Of a stretch of 64,000 bases of DNA, positions 11,501 to 22,522 are shown in pieces. Location of the stretch: contig CP136572.1 in the NCBI GenBank assembly GCA_035193785.1, forward strand, positions 3,476,578 to 3,540,577, given 5' to 3'. Origin of the DNA: Planktothrix sp. GU0601_MAG3 (lineage in GTDB: Bacteria > Cyanobacteriota > Cyanobacteriia > Cyanobacteriales > Microcoleaceae). A program made the translations under genes and the position numbers. The notes under the pieces are model-generated. The model ran no database searches. It saw only the letters and a list, made by a program, of their open reading frames with translations, and was not told the origin of the DNA. The number at the start of each line of letters is the position of its first letter. Position 1 is the stretch's first letter.

Positions 11501-14119
11501 GGTGAAGTATTACCCATTACCCATTACCCATTACCCATTACCCAAAGGAGGGGAGGAAGCGGAGGCTTTTATTGATATTATTTTAGAATCAGGATTACTC
11601 TTAAAAAGAAGAGAAGAACCTGAAGATCGATATCAACTGTTACATGATTATTTAGTCTTCCCCATTCGACAACAATACGGACTACAGGAACAACGGCATC
11701 AACACGATATTCAACAACGGTTGCACAAAGCCCAATCTGAAAAATCAAGGGCGGAAGCGGCTTTAAAAAAAATGAGTCGAGAGCAACTGTTACAACGTAA
11801 TCAACGATTACAAAAGTTGTTAGGGGTGTCGATCATTGTTGTCCTGCTATTGGGTTTTACCACAAAACTAGCCACCTATCAACAACGACGAGCCGACGGG
11901 CAAAAGCAAATCGCCGACTTAGCCACCCTAACGGCGGCTTCCGATGCCCTATTCTTCTCCCAATATAAATTTGATGCTCTCCTAGAAAGTTTAAGGGCGG
12001 CTCGGCAATTTCAAGGGTTACAAGCCGCGACCCAAGAGCAGTCGGAACTCAAAACCATGGAAACTCGAATTGCAGCCACCTTACAACAGGCCGTATATGG
12101 GACAACTGAAAGCAACCGTTTAGAAGGACACCAGGATGTGGTTTGGGATGCTTCCTTTAGTCCCGACGGCAATTATATTGTTTCTGGGAGTGTTGATAAA
12201 ACGGTGAAATTGTGGACACCCGATGGTCAACTGCTGCGAAACCTTAGTCGGTCATGGGGGAAGTGTCACCAGTGTGAGTTTCAGTCCCGATAGTCAGATG
12301 ATCGCCTCGTCTTCCCAAGATGGGACAATTAAACTTTGGCCCGTCGCAGCCTTGTCTACAATCAAAGATCCGGTCACGACCGTGACCCTCCAAGCCCATC
12401 GCCAGGCTGTTTCCTCCGTGACTTTTTCGCCCGATGGCCGTTTGATAGCTTCGGTGTCCGATGATCGTCGATTAAAATTATGGAGTCGAGAGGGGACTTT
12501 GTTGCGAACGGTCTATCGGGCTGAGGCTCCTTTAAACTGGGTAAGTTTTAGCCCCGATGGTCAGGTTTTAGCGATCGCGTTGACCGATGGGACAGTAAAA
12601 CTGCTAAAACTGGATGGAACGGTACTCCACACCTTGGATCACACTGCTAATCCGAATAAAACGGTTTATAAGGTGAGTTATTCCCCCAATGGTCAACTGA
12701 TTGCTACGACGGGACATGATCAAACGGTGAAATTGTGGAGTGCTCAGGGTCAACTTTTGAAAACTTTAAAAGGAGATCATTCCAATATATATGGGGTGAA
12801 TTTTTCTCCCGATAGTAAACTGTTGGCAACTTCTACGGATAATAAAAATATCTATTTATGGACGGTGGAGGGAACTCTATTAAAGCAGTGGCAAGGACAT
12901 GGGGACAAGGTAACTAATATTCAATTTTCCCCCGATGGCAAGACTTTAATCTCCTCAAGTTATGACAAAACGGTGAAACTCTGGAGTGCAGATTTAATTC
13001 CTCTAAAAACCCTGAAGGGACATAAAAATCGGGTTTTAGGGGTGAATTTTAGCCCCAATGGTGAGATGTTTGCCTCGGCGAGTCAGGATACAACGGTGAA
13101 ACTTTGGAGCCGGACAGGGGCACTATTGACCACTTTGGCGGGCCATCGGGATCGGGTAACTACGGTGGGTTTTAGTCCCGACGGAGAACTTTTAGCAACG
13201 GCGGGTTTTGACCGGACGGTGAAATTGTGGAAACTGAGTCCTGACTTAGAAAGCTCAGAAAAATCCCCGGGGGGTTTGTTTAAATTGCCTGATTATTTTA
13301 GCCTTTGGGGTGCGGCAAAATTAAAATCGGCTTCGCCCCAAACAAAAAACCGGGTTTCGATGGAATCCATTCAACTGCTTCAGACCTGGATTGCCCATGA
13401 CGATAGCATTACTAATATCACATTCAGTCCCAATGCCGAACAAATTGCTACGGCTAGTAAGGATAAAACGGTGAAATTGTGGAATCGGCAGGGTCAATTA
13501 TTACATACTCTGATCGGACATAGTTCCTGGGTTAATAGTGTTACCTTTAGTCCGAATGGGGAGATGATTGTCACTTCTAGTGATGATGGGACGATTAAAC
13601 TTTGGGACGCTGGGGGAAAGTTGTTAAAGACGATTACGGCTGATCAGGGTTATATTCTGAGTATCAGTTTTAGTCCCGATGGTAAATTTATTGCTTCTGC
13701 TGGCTATGACAATACGGTTAAACTTTGGGATGAGCGGGGGAAACTATCTGAAGACACTGTTAAAGGGATCAAGTGATAGTGTGACCAGTGTGGTGTTTAG
13801 TCCTGACAGTCAGTTAATTGCTTCGGCGAGTTACGATGGTACGGTGAAGCTCTGGAGTCGGGATGATGGCACTTTGCTAAAAACCCTGGTGGGACACCGG
13901 GATAGTGTGATGGGCATTAGTTTTAGTCCCGATGGTCGGGTTTTGGTTTCTGCCAGTCGGGATCATACATTAATTATGTGGAATCTGGATTTGGATAATC
14001 TGATTGATCGCGCTTGTGATTGGGTTCACGATTATCTCCGCACTAATCCTAAAGTTCAAACGAGCGATCGCGATCTTTGTAATCAGTCATCAGTTATCAG
14101 TTATCAGTTATCAGTTTAG
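8579..14119 (+). CDS. Large STAND-type NTPase with TPR-like helices, one TM segment and C-terminal WD40 repeats (~1,840 aa; three apparent frameshifts at 9174, 12238, 13740)
   Basis: Four ORF pieces join when GTTTC/GAAAC are shortened by one base; Walker [10 protein letters not shown], Walker [20 protein letters not shown], more than 12 GH...FSPDG...W repeats. Confidence 0.85.
11265..11545. repeat. In-frame G-rich 9-mer array plus ATTACCC heptamers inside the STAND/WD40 gene
   Basis: Encodes GGV/GGA/EGA repeats followed by [12 protein letters not shown]. Confidence 0.9.
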
Positions 14120-14325
14120 GAGTTATCAGTTTATCAGTCATCAGTTCATCAGTCATCAGTTATCAGTCATCAGTCATCAGTTATCAGTTTAGAAGTTATC
14201 AGTTTAGAAGTTATCGGTTTGGGAGTTATCGGTTTGGGAGTTATCGGTTTGGGAGTTATCGGTTTGGGAGTTATCGGTTTGGGAGTTATCGGTTTGGGAG
14301 TTATCGGTTTAGAAGTTATTATCGG
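14084..14325. repeat. STRR heptamers (TTATCAG/TCATCAG) and 15-bp tandem repeat GGGAGTTATCGGTTT
   Basis: Directly visible. Confidence 0.85.
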
Positions 14326-14477
14326 TGGTATAGCACTACGCATTACAGTTAGGACAATTCCAAATTCAGCCAACTCATTCACTACTTACTGTTTCGGTGT
14401 TTCGGTGTTTCGGTAACTAATAACTGATAATTCTTAAACTGATGACTGATAACTGTTGACTGTTGACTGATAACTGA

Positions 14478-15158
14478 TTACCAGTTGAGGATGTCATTTA
14501 ATAGGGCTTGATATCCTCGGACATTGGGATGAAGACCATCGGCGCTTAGGTGTAGTTGCAGCCAATTTTCTCCCCGTTTTAACCAAAGATCAAAGATATC
14601 CAGATAGGGAATTTGACGCTGTTCACAGGCTAATTTTGTAGCTTCTTTGTAGCGATATTGGTCAGTGTGATTATAATAAAAACAGTTGAGAAATGGCATT
14701 TTGCTTTCATCGACGGGTACCATTCCGATAAATACGACGGGACAGAGATTGACCGCTTGATCTAATAACTGCGCTACTTGGGTTTTCCACTGTTCAAATT
14801 CCGTAAAACCCCGTCCGTTGGGGCATCCTAAACGGGGAGAATCATTCAGACCCACCGAAAGAATCATTAATTCCGGTCGGCGATTTTGTGAATATTTGCG
14901 GTGACTCCATTGTTTTTCCAGTCGTTGTGAAACCTGAGCCACTCCGTTGCCTCGCATTCCTAAATTATAAAGGGCATGACCTGTATTTCCCGGGGACATC
15001 CATTGACGACGTAAACGTTCGACCCAGCCACCGCCAACCGGATCACCAAAACCATAAATCAGACTATCTCCGAGGGCAACGATTCTCATGGGAGAGGCAT
15101 CGGGGGAAAGATAATTCCCTGGAGGACGGGATAGATATTGAGTAGAAAGGGTTCGCAT
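14478..15158 (-). CDS. GDSL/SGNH esterase-lipase family protein
   Basis: ALGDSL block I, NLGMRG, GLND, DGLHPN catalytic motif. Confidence 0.9.
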   Translation of the reverse strand: MRTLSTQYLSRPPGNYLSPDASPMRIVALGDSLIYGFGDPVGGGWVERLRRQWMSPGNTGHALYNLGMRGNGVAQVSQRLEKQWSHRKYSQNRRPELMILSVGLNDSPRLGCPNGRGFTEFEQWKTQVAQLLDQAVNLCPVVFIGMVPVDESKMPFLNCFYYNHTDQYRYKEATKLACEQRQIPYLDIFDLWLKRGENWLQLHLSADGLHPNVRGYQALLNDILNW

Positions 15159-15468
15159 AGGAAAGTCCTTTATATAAGGTCACACTCGATCCGAGGGGTT
15201 GAAATTAACAACTATAAAATCTCATAACAACTTGAGATTTTGCTCCATATCCTGCATCTAAAGTCGTTTCTTGATTTGATATGTAGTGTAGCTTTAATAA
15301 GTATTTTTAAAAAGTTCCCTATGAACTTTTAAGATTATAATTTTTAATCTATGCAATTCTTTGTTGTATAGATTATTAATCTAATTAGTCTAAATATTTA
15401 TTTTTTTTTAATAATTTCAATAATATTTAAGAGTTCAAAATAGCAGCAGAAGTGATCAGCTATTTGAC

Positions 15469-15498
15469 TTGACACAGAGCCAAAAATCAGTGTAGGAT
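15469..15498 (+). promoter_or_regulatory. Putative sigma70 promoter of the small basic ORF
   Basis: TTGACA (15469-15474), 18-bp spacer, TAGGAT (15493-15498). Confidence 0.55.
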
Positions 15499-15528
15499 AT
15501 GGGAGTGACGTCGAAAAAATAAAAGAAA

Positions 15529-15756
15529 ATGGCACAGCACCTGAAAAGTTGGGAATCTCCCCGCTCTCAAGGGAGAAATACGAAAGGAAAAGGCGGTTCT
15601 GCAAGGGCGCGACAACTGAAAAAACAACGGCAAACCCTGAGAAACAAACTGAATCAACAAAGCAATGGGAAGGATCAATCGGATTCCTTCCCGATTTTTT
15701 TAGGGGAATTATTGCTTAATATTGGGGCAGATGGCGGTTTGTACTTGAATGGATGA
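15529..15756 (+). CDS. Small basic protein, candidate ArfA/BrfA-like ribosome rescue factor
   Basis: MAQHLKSWESPRSQGRNTKGKGGSARARQLKKQRQ; has its own promoter and an internal terminator; function is inferred. Confidence 0.6.
   Translation: MAQHLKSWESPRSQGRNTKGKGGSARARQLKKQRQTLRNKLNQQSNGKDQSDSFPIFLGELLLNIGADGGLYLNG
15667..15701 (+). terminator. Intrinsic terminator inside the 15529 ORF
   Basis: GGGAAGGA-N10-TCCTTCCC stem, then GA and T7. Confidence 0.75.
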
Positions 15757-16134
15757 GGGATGATCTTGCCAATGGTTGAGTAACTGTTGCAACTCCGTTT
15801 TTAAGATTTCCAAGGCAGCGATCTGGTGATTAATCTCCTCAACTTTAAGCACCAAATGTTGTTTGACTTCCTCACAGGGAAGTTCACCGCGATCGCTAAT
15901 CTCTAAAATATCTCTAATTTCATTTAAACTCAAACCCAAGGCTTGAGCGCGTCTAACGAAGCCCAAACGGTGAACCACCGACGGAGCAAACAGTCGATAT
16001 CCAGAGTCTGACCGTTCAACAGTGGGTGCTAACAAGCCAATTTCTTCATAATAGCGAACGGTTTTTACGGATAAACCGCTCCGTCGGGCGACATCACCGA
16101 TTTTTAATCTTTCATCTGCAATGACCGCATCCAT
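15709..16134 (-). CDS. MerR family heavy-metal-responsive transcriptional regulator
   Basis: LKIGDVARRSGLSVKTVRYYEEIGLL HTH, GLSLNEI, ELPCEEV and C-terminal ICPNI cysteines. Confidence 0.9.
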   Translation of the reverse strand: MDAVIADERLKIGDVARRSGLSVKTVRYYEEIGLLAPTVERSDSGYRLFAPSVVHRLGFVRRAQALGLSLNEIRDILEISDRGELPCEEVKQHLVLKVEEINHQIAALEILKTELQQLLNHWQDHPSSIQVQTAICPNIKQ

Positions 16135-16161
16135 TTTCCGTAATCCCAACTATTAATGGAC

Positions 16162-16453
16162 TCAATAGGAAGACCGTTTTTTATCTGTCAGTCTAGGAAG
16201 GGGAGAACGGGCGGAACTTGGGGGGAGAGCGTATTCTGGGGCGGTTTCAGCCTGTTGCAGTTTAGACTTTTGCCACATCCACCACCGCAAAACCAGGATT
16301 ACCCCAACGGTGGAGAGGCCAAAACTTAATAAGGATATACTGGAACTGACCCCACCAATCACCGCATCTACGGTTTCCAACCGTGACGACAAAACTAACA
16401 ATAGGTTCTCGACGATAAGCAGACCTGAGAACACGCGGCCATAAAGCATTCAT
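16162..16453 (-). CDS. Conserved cyanobacterial small membrane protein (apparent frameshift at 16373-16377)
   Basis: MNALWPRVLRSAYRREPIVSFVVTVG joins TVDAVIGGV...YALPPSS after GAAAC to GAAC correction. Confidence 0.7.
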
Positions 16454-16985
16454 CACAATTTCACTCTAAATTTTTCAGGGTTAACTCGAGCACAATCTCT
16501 CGGATTGGAAGCCGATAGCATTATCCTATAATCTTCTTCACTTGAAAGTTTATCTAATCCTAATTTAACCTAATTTATAGGGATTGACTGGATTTGGGTG
16601 ATTAGTCATCCCTTCGGTGGAGGGGAAACTTCAGATGGTGTTGAGCCCGGATTTGAGTTAATCACAAAAACGACTGCTAAACCCTTGAAATCCTAAATTG
16701 CCCCCCACTCCTGAACCTAAGACCGATGACCAATCACCAATCAATTTGGTAGTATTAACTCAGCCCTAGCCAAGATAATAAACCTTGTCCGCTAAAATAT
16801 TCAATTGCCAAGGTGATCAAGAAACCAATCATGGCGGCTCGACCATTTAACCGTTCAGCATATTGATTGAATCCAAATTTGGGTTCATTGAGGTTGGGGG
16901 TTGTTGTGGGTTGTGGTTGGTTCATATTGAATTCCTTAGATTTTTCATCCTTTGATTTTGATTCTACCCCCTGATTGTATAAAAA

Positions 16986-17570
16986 ATGTCCTATCTACCT
17001 GACCCATCACCGATTCCGAATTCGGTTCAACGAGTTGCCTCTACCCTGCGTACCACGGGCTGGATTTGCTTTTGGACACAACTGGTTTTAGGGGTAATTT
17101 CCGCGATTATTCAGCTTTTCGCCATTTTAGTGTTTAGTCGCGGGACGGCGGGAAGAACAGCCTCAGCATCGGGAATTGGTGGGGGTTTGGTCTTTGCCCT
17201 CATCGGATTAGTAATTTTAGGATTTAGTATTTTTCAGGCTTTTGGTTACACTCGTTTGGCCCGTAGGCTGAAAGCACCGGGAATTGCCCGCCCAAGTCGG
17301 GGAGAAACCTTTAAACGCATCCGTATAGGCTTAACCAGTAATTTAAGTGGCATGGCTGTCACCCTACTGGCTTCGGAAGCTATTAATGGGATTCTCTTGG
17401 CCAAAGCGATTTCCCAACCTCGGGGTTTATTCGATGCTTCGGTCAATCTGCAAGATTTTATTCAACCCCTGGATTTTTTCGTGGTTTTGGCTAATACCCA
17501 TACGATTGTGGCTCATTTTGTCGGCATTGCTGGGGCGCTGTGGCTGATGAATCGAATTTACAAGAATTAG
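16986..17570 (+). CDS. DUF3611 family membrane protein
   Basis: GWICFWTQLVLGVIS and LDFFVVLANTHTIVAHFVGI motifs. Confidence 0.8.
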   Translation: MSYLPDPSPIPNSVQRVASTLRTTGWICFWTQLVLGVISAIIQLFAILVFSRGTAGRTASASGIGGGLVFALIGLVILGFSIFQAFGYTRLARRLKAPGIARPSRGETFKRIRIGLTSNLSGMAVTLLASEAINGILLAKAISQPRGLFDASVNLQDFIQPLDFFVVLANTHTIVAHFVGIAGALWLMNRIYKN

Positions 17571-17586
17571 GGGAAGGGGGAATAGG

Positions 17587-17660
17587 GAATTACGAATTAC
17601 GAATTACGAATTACGAATTACGAATGGGGAGGGGGGAATAGGGAATTACGAATTACGAAT
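17587..17660. repeat. STRR heptamers (AATTACG)
   Basis: Directly visible. Confidence 0.8.
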
Positions 17661-17808
17661 GGGGAAGGGGAAGGGGGAATAGAAAGAATGCACTTATAGA
17701 TAAGGGTTTTGGATTTTTGTCAATCATTTTTAATAAAAAGTTGCAAACTTCAGAAATTTGTGTTAACTTTTATGTAGTTGGCTCAAGCAAACAGGAGAAT
17801 TTTTGATT

Positions 17809-17952
17809 ATGGAAAGCAAAGATACCAAGTTTGGGTTTACAAACTTCGCTGAGACTTGGAATGGCCGTTTAGCTATGCTAGGGTTCACTATTGGTTTAGC
17901 CACGGAATTCCTAACCGGTCAAGGGATTTTGTCCCAACTCGGCTTAATGTAA
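17809..17952 (+). CDS. hli: High-light inducible protein (47 aa, HliC/ScpB-like); absent from the ORF track
   Basis: MESKDTKFGFTNFAETWNGRLAMLGFTIGLATEFLTGQGILSQLGLM; ExxNGRxAMLG chlorophyll-binding motif; AGGAG RBS upstream. Confidence 0.93.
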   Translation: MESKDTKFGFTNFAETWNGRLAMLGFTIGLATEFLTGQGILSQLGLM

Positions 17953-18027
17953 TTTTTTTGTTAGTTTTGAACGCATTTAAGGGTTTCTAGGACTTAACCT
18001 CAGAACCCCATTTACCCCCTAAATAGC

Positions 18028-18065
18028 AAAAAATCCCCCGAATTTGTAGTGTTTGGGGGATTTTT
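18028..18065. terminator. Bidirectional intrinsic terminator
   Basis: AAAAAATCCCCC...GGGGGATTTTT between convergent genes. Confidence 0.75.
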
Positions 18066-18095
18066 GTAGTTCAAAATAGACGCAGGAAGTTGAGA

Positions 18096-18317
18096 TCAAC
18101 CCGGGTTGACTTCTTCAGGTAGATAAACTTTATATAAACTCCACAACCCCAGTAAAATCAGAATCTGAAGACTCCAATGGGCGAAGGCAAACCCCCAAAC
18201 TAGGCAGATAAGTCCCATCAATCCGGCTAACACGAAGGGAACATCATTAGAGGTTTGTGTATAGATCCAGATGGAACCCAGGGCAAAAGTCAGAAGCATA
18301 ATATAGACTGAGGGCAT
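18096..18317 (-). CDS. Small hypothetical membrane protein
   Basis: Hydrophobic ORF of ~73 aa with GGAGGT RBS. Confidence 0.6.
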   Translation of the reverse strand: MPSVYIMLLTFALGSIWIYTQTSNDVPFVLAGLMGLICLVWGFAFAHWSLQILILLGLWSLYKVYLPEEVNPG

Positions 18318-18462
18318 GATCTCCACCTCCTAGGTGAGTTGCATTAAGTCTTGCTGCAAGTGCAGGTGGACTACACTGCCCAGGATAGGAGGAAAACATG
18401 AAGATCTTGTGAAGAAAAGAAAAATAGTGATAGAAATTTGTTTTTTTTTACAAAACTTTATA

Positions 18463-20509
18463 TTATTGAAAATCAATATTTTCTCCAACTTCAGCCGCCA
18501 CGGGTAAACGCACAAAAAAGGTACTCCCTTTGCCCAATTGACTTTCCGCCCAAATGTGGCCCCCATGTTGCTGCACAATACTGCGACAAATAGCGAGTCC
18601 CAGTCCAGTTCCTCCTTTCTGGCGGGAGTCGGAGGCGTCCACCTGTTGAAAACGACCAAAAATGGTTTCCAGTTTATCGCTGGGAATTCCCTGTCCCTGG
18701 TCTTTGATGGTAATTAAAACTTCCAAGCAGGAACGGGATAAACTGGAATGGTGGAGGGTGGCATCAAACCCAATGCAACTATCAACACCGGAAAATCTGA
18801 TCGCATTACTTAATAAATTAGTGAATACTTGAATAATTCGGTCTGGGGCGACCCAGAGACGAACTTCTAGGGGGTTAATTGATAAATTCACACCGGATTT
18901 TTCCGCCATTCCCATCATTTCATTATTGGCTTGAACCATTAAATCGGCTAAATTACAGTATTTTTTATCTAGGGTAATTTGCCCAGCCTGCATCCTTTCT
19001 AAATCAAGAATATCATTAATTAAACGGACTAAACGGGTTGTATTAGTAATGGCAATTTTAAACATTCGTTGAACTCGTTCGGGTTGGGTGTCTAATAATC
19101 CACTGACTAATAATCCTAAAGCCCCATGAATTGAGGTTAAAGGTGTCCTAAGTTCGTGACTGACAACGGAGATGAATTCATCTTTCATTTTTTCCATGGC
19201 CTGCCGTTCGGTAATATCCTTAAAGATGACCACAGACCCAATAATTTCTCCTTGGTTTTGAATGGGCGTGCTCACATATTCGACGGGAAAATCAGACCCA
19301 TTTCGATGCCAAAAAACTTCGTTATCGACATGACGAACTAAACCATCTTCTAAGGTGGCAAAAATTTGGGAACTTTGTTGATTAGTTAATGATTGATAAC
19401 CGGAATGGAGATTGGTTTGGGGGGGAGTTTCGGAGGCAGAAAAGGCGATCGGTTTCTTGGGTAATTCTTTGCCAATTACTCATCAGTAATTCTCGAACAC
19501 TGTATCCGGTGATTTTGGCGGCGGCGGGATTAGCAAAGGTGATTTTTCCCTCTCGGTTTAAACCACAAATTCCCTCTCCGGCTGAATCTAAAATTAATTC
19601 ATTTTGATGACGGAGTTGTTCTAGGGTTTTTTCGATTCTTTTTTGATAACTAATATCCCGGGAAATTGTAGAAATTCCCGTAATATTTCCCCGCTCATCT
19701 TTCATCGGCGAAATAGTTAAAGAAACATCAATATGTTGTCCATCCTTACGAATATGAACGGTTTCATAATGATCAATACTGCCCCCGGATTGAATACTGG
19801 CTAAAATTTGAGGGACTTCACTGGATCTTTCGGGTAAGGTTAATAAACTAAAGGGACAGTCTTTAACTTCAGTTTCAGAGTAACCATAAATTTGTTCCGC
19901 CCCGTTATTCCAGCTAATAATTTGTCCTTCTAAGGTTTTACCTATAATTCCATCTTCGGAGGATTCTACAATCGCAGCTAATTGTTTATAAGCATTTTCA
20001 GCTTTTTGGTGTTCGGTAATATCTCGCCCCAATATAACTAATCCTTTGCGTTCGCCATTTGGATGAAATAGAGGAACTTTAATCACATCAACAATTTTGG
20101 GATTGCCATGAATATCGGGGATAATTTCTTGTTGTTGGTAGGGTTGTTTATTTCTCCAGACTTCTTGGTCAGATAGTTGACAATTAATTAAGGCATTTTT
20201 ATATAAATTGTTACCATGAATCTGTCCTATTAATTCCGCTAATTCAGCATCGGATTTTCCTTGATAGTCTAAGTTCTGGATTTGCAATAGTTCTAAGGTG
20301 GCTTGATTCGCTTCTAACCAACATCCTGAAGCGTCTTTAAAGCAGACTAAATCCGGCATGGCATTAATTAAGGTTTTCAACCTTTCTGAACTCTCTCGCA
20401 ATGCTTCTTCTACCCGCTTTCGTTCTTGAATTTCTTGAATTAATCGTTGATTGATTACTTGTAGGGAAGCAATCAATTGAGCTTCAGTTTCGGAATTTTG
20501 ATTAATCAT
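18463..20509 (-). CDS. PAS-domain sensor histidine kinase (apparent frameshift at ~19427-19456)
   Basis: Three PAS/PAC domains, H-box VSHELRTPL, N-box NLLSNA, G-boxes DQGQGI and GGTGLGL. Confidence 0.9.
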
Positions 20510-22419
20510 TTTAATAAAGTTGCAATGGTTTTGTTGATTTTAATCAGAATCAGGAAAAAAGCCGCTAAACTTGGGTTGAGGATTCTCGTAAACTCTGGGT
20601 TTCTTCGTAATCGGTTTAAAATACGATTAACAAGGATAGAAGCTTCCGTTGTTTTTGTTAAGTAGTCATCGGCGCCGACCATAAAAACTTGATGTTGTAA
20701 ATCTCGATTAGTATGGGCGGTGAGGAACATCACAGGTAAACTTTTCCAACGGGAGTCAGCCCGAACAATTTGACAAAGTTCAATGCCATCTAAATAGGGC
20801 ATTTCAATATCTAAAATTAATAAATCTGGGGTGCTGGCTTCGAGAATTTCCCAAAAATGTCGGGGGTCTTCAACGGTAAAAGTTTGAATTCCCCAAGGTG
20901 CCAGTAAGGTTTGAAAGGTGGCTAGAATCTGGGCATCATCATCAACAATTAAAACTTTAGCATTTAAGCCACGGTTTTGACTAAAGGTATCGAGCATGAG
21001 TTTAATCATTTGTTCTGAGGTGATGGGTTTTTCTAGGAATCCTTGGCTACCCAATTGAGCGACTTTTACCCGTTGATTCAAGTTTTTGTGTTGAGTCAGA
21101 ACAATGACTGGAATGGGGGGGGTTTGTTGGGTGAGTTGGGTTAATAATTTATAGGAGGAATCGAAGTCAAAATCTAAAAATACGAGGGGAGGATATGATT
21201 TTTTTTTTGATGATAATTTGAATTCTGTAATTAATGATAAATCCGTCAGAATTTGGGTTTCTATTCCTAAATTTTTACCCGCTCTTTGTCCGGCTTCAAT
21301 TAATAATGGATCTTGACTGATAATCCAAACTTCATAGTCGGATTTAATCGTGGTGGGTTGGGAGTTTTCTCTGGTGGAAGGAGGAGAGTATTGTTCAACT
21401 TCTTGTCTGAGTTTGAAGACTAATTCTTGAAAGAGGGTAATTTCTGCGAGATTTAAGGTCGGATTTTGACAGAGTTGTTCGATTTCTCTGGCGATAATTG
21501 AACCCCCTCCTAAACCAAAAGTTCCTAAAGATCCGGCAAGTTTATGGGCTTCTTGTTGGGCTTTTTGTTGAATATTTGGATCGGGTTTTTCCTGGGGGTT
21601 GGAGAGGGAAAATTCTTCTAATAGGGTAATGCGATCGCAAATTTTGCCCTGATATCTATGCCAAACTTCAACGATGGCTTGATTTAGTTTACACCGATCA
21701 GATTCAGGTTTTTCACTGGTTTTTTTAGATGCAATTTTAGGGTGAGATTGCTGTTTAAGACGATAACCTAAGCCATATACTGTTTCAATCAAATCTGCGG
21801 GGGCACCAGCATTTTTAAGTTTATTTCTTAATCCTTTAATATGCGCCCGTACCGTATTTTCCGTGGGCGGATCTTCAAATGTCCAGAGTTCCTCTAGGAT
21901 CAGGTCTAAACTAAAAACCTGTTGATGATGTTTGAGAAATAGTTCTAATAACCCATATTCTTTTGGGGTTAAGTTTATCTCATTTTCTTGATAAGTAACT
22001 TCACAGGTATTGGTATTCAAATGCAGATTTCCCCACTCTAAGAGAGTCGAGGGTATTTGTTGCCTTCGGCGTAATATAGCCCGAATTCTAGCTAATAATT
22101 CCTGAATATCAAAGGGTTTAACTACATAATCATCCGCACCCGCATCAAAGCCTTTAACTTTATCCTCTTGATGATTGTAAGCAGTTAATAAGATAATTGG
22201 ATTTATAATATTTTGCGATCGCAGTTTTTTACATAAACTAATTCCGTCTAAATGGGGTAATCCCACATCTAAAATCATTAAATCATAGGTCAATTTTTGT
22301 GCTTTTTCCCACCCGGCTATTCCATCAGTTACCCTGTCAACAGTGTACCCTTGGTGAACTAAAGCCAACACCAAAGTCTCAGCTAGAACTTGATCATCTT
22401 CTACCAATAAAACACGCAT
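20506..22419 (-). CDS. Multidomain response regulator REC-wHTH-Hpt-REC-REC (RcaC-like); true stop probably ~20566 if GTTTC at 20599 is corrected
   Basis: MRVLLVEDD, OmpR wHTH (LTPKEYGLL, IETVYGLGY), Hpt AHKLAGSLGTFG, two further REC domains. Confidence 0.88.
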   Translation of the reverse strand: MRVLLVEDDQVLAETLVLALVHQGYTVDRVTDGIAGWEKAQKLTYDLMILDVGLPHLDGISLCKKLRSQNIINPIILLTAYNHQEDKVKGFDAGADDYVVKPFDIQELLARIRAILRRRQQIPSTLLEWGNLHLNTNTCEVTYQENEINLTPKEYGLLELFLKHHQQVFSLDLILEELWTFEDPPTENTVRAHIKGLRNKLKNAGAPADLIETVYGLGYRLKQQSHPKIASKKTSEKPESDRCKLNQAIVEVWHRYQGKICDRITLLEEFSLSNPQEKPDPNIQQKAQQEAHKLAGSLGTFGLGGGSIIAREIEQLCQNPTLNLAEITLFQELVFKLRQEVEQYSPPSTRENSQPTTIKSDYEVWIISQDPLLIEAGQRAGKNLGIETQILTDLSLITEFKLSSKKKSYPPLVFLDFDFDSSYKLLTQLTQQTPPIPVIVLTQHKNLNQRVKVAQLGSQGFLEKPITSEQMIKLMLDTFSQNRGLNAKVLIVDDDAQILATFQTLLAPWGIQTFTVEDPRHFWEILEASTPDLLILDIEMPYLDGIELCQIVRADSRWKSLPVMFLTAHTNRDLQHQVFMVGADDYLTKTTEASILVNRILNRLRRNPEFTRILNPSLAAFFLILIKINKTIATLLK

Positions 22420-22522
22420 GGGGGGGACGGAATTTAAGGTGAGGAAAGGGGAGTTAAAATCAGTCCAAAGTTGATAATTTTTCAGGGTTCAACTTTGGAC
22501 TATTGCTTAGGGAAAAACGCCC

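Noticed and set aside
14170..14416. KPITP and GVIGL repeat ORFs
   Set aside because: Products of a 15-bp intergenic tandem repeat; no coding evidence.
17735..17780. HLR1 (RpaB) site upstream of hli
   Set aside because: Only a weak match to the direct-repeat consensus by eye.
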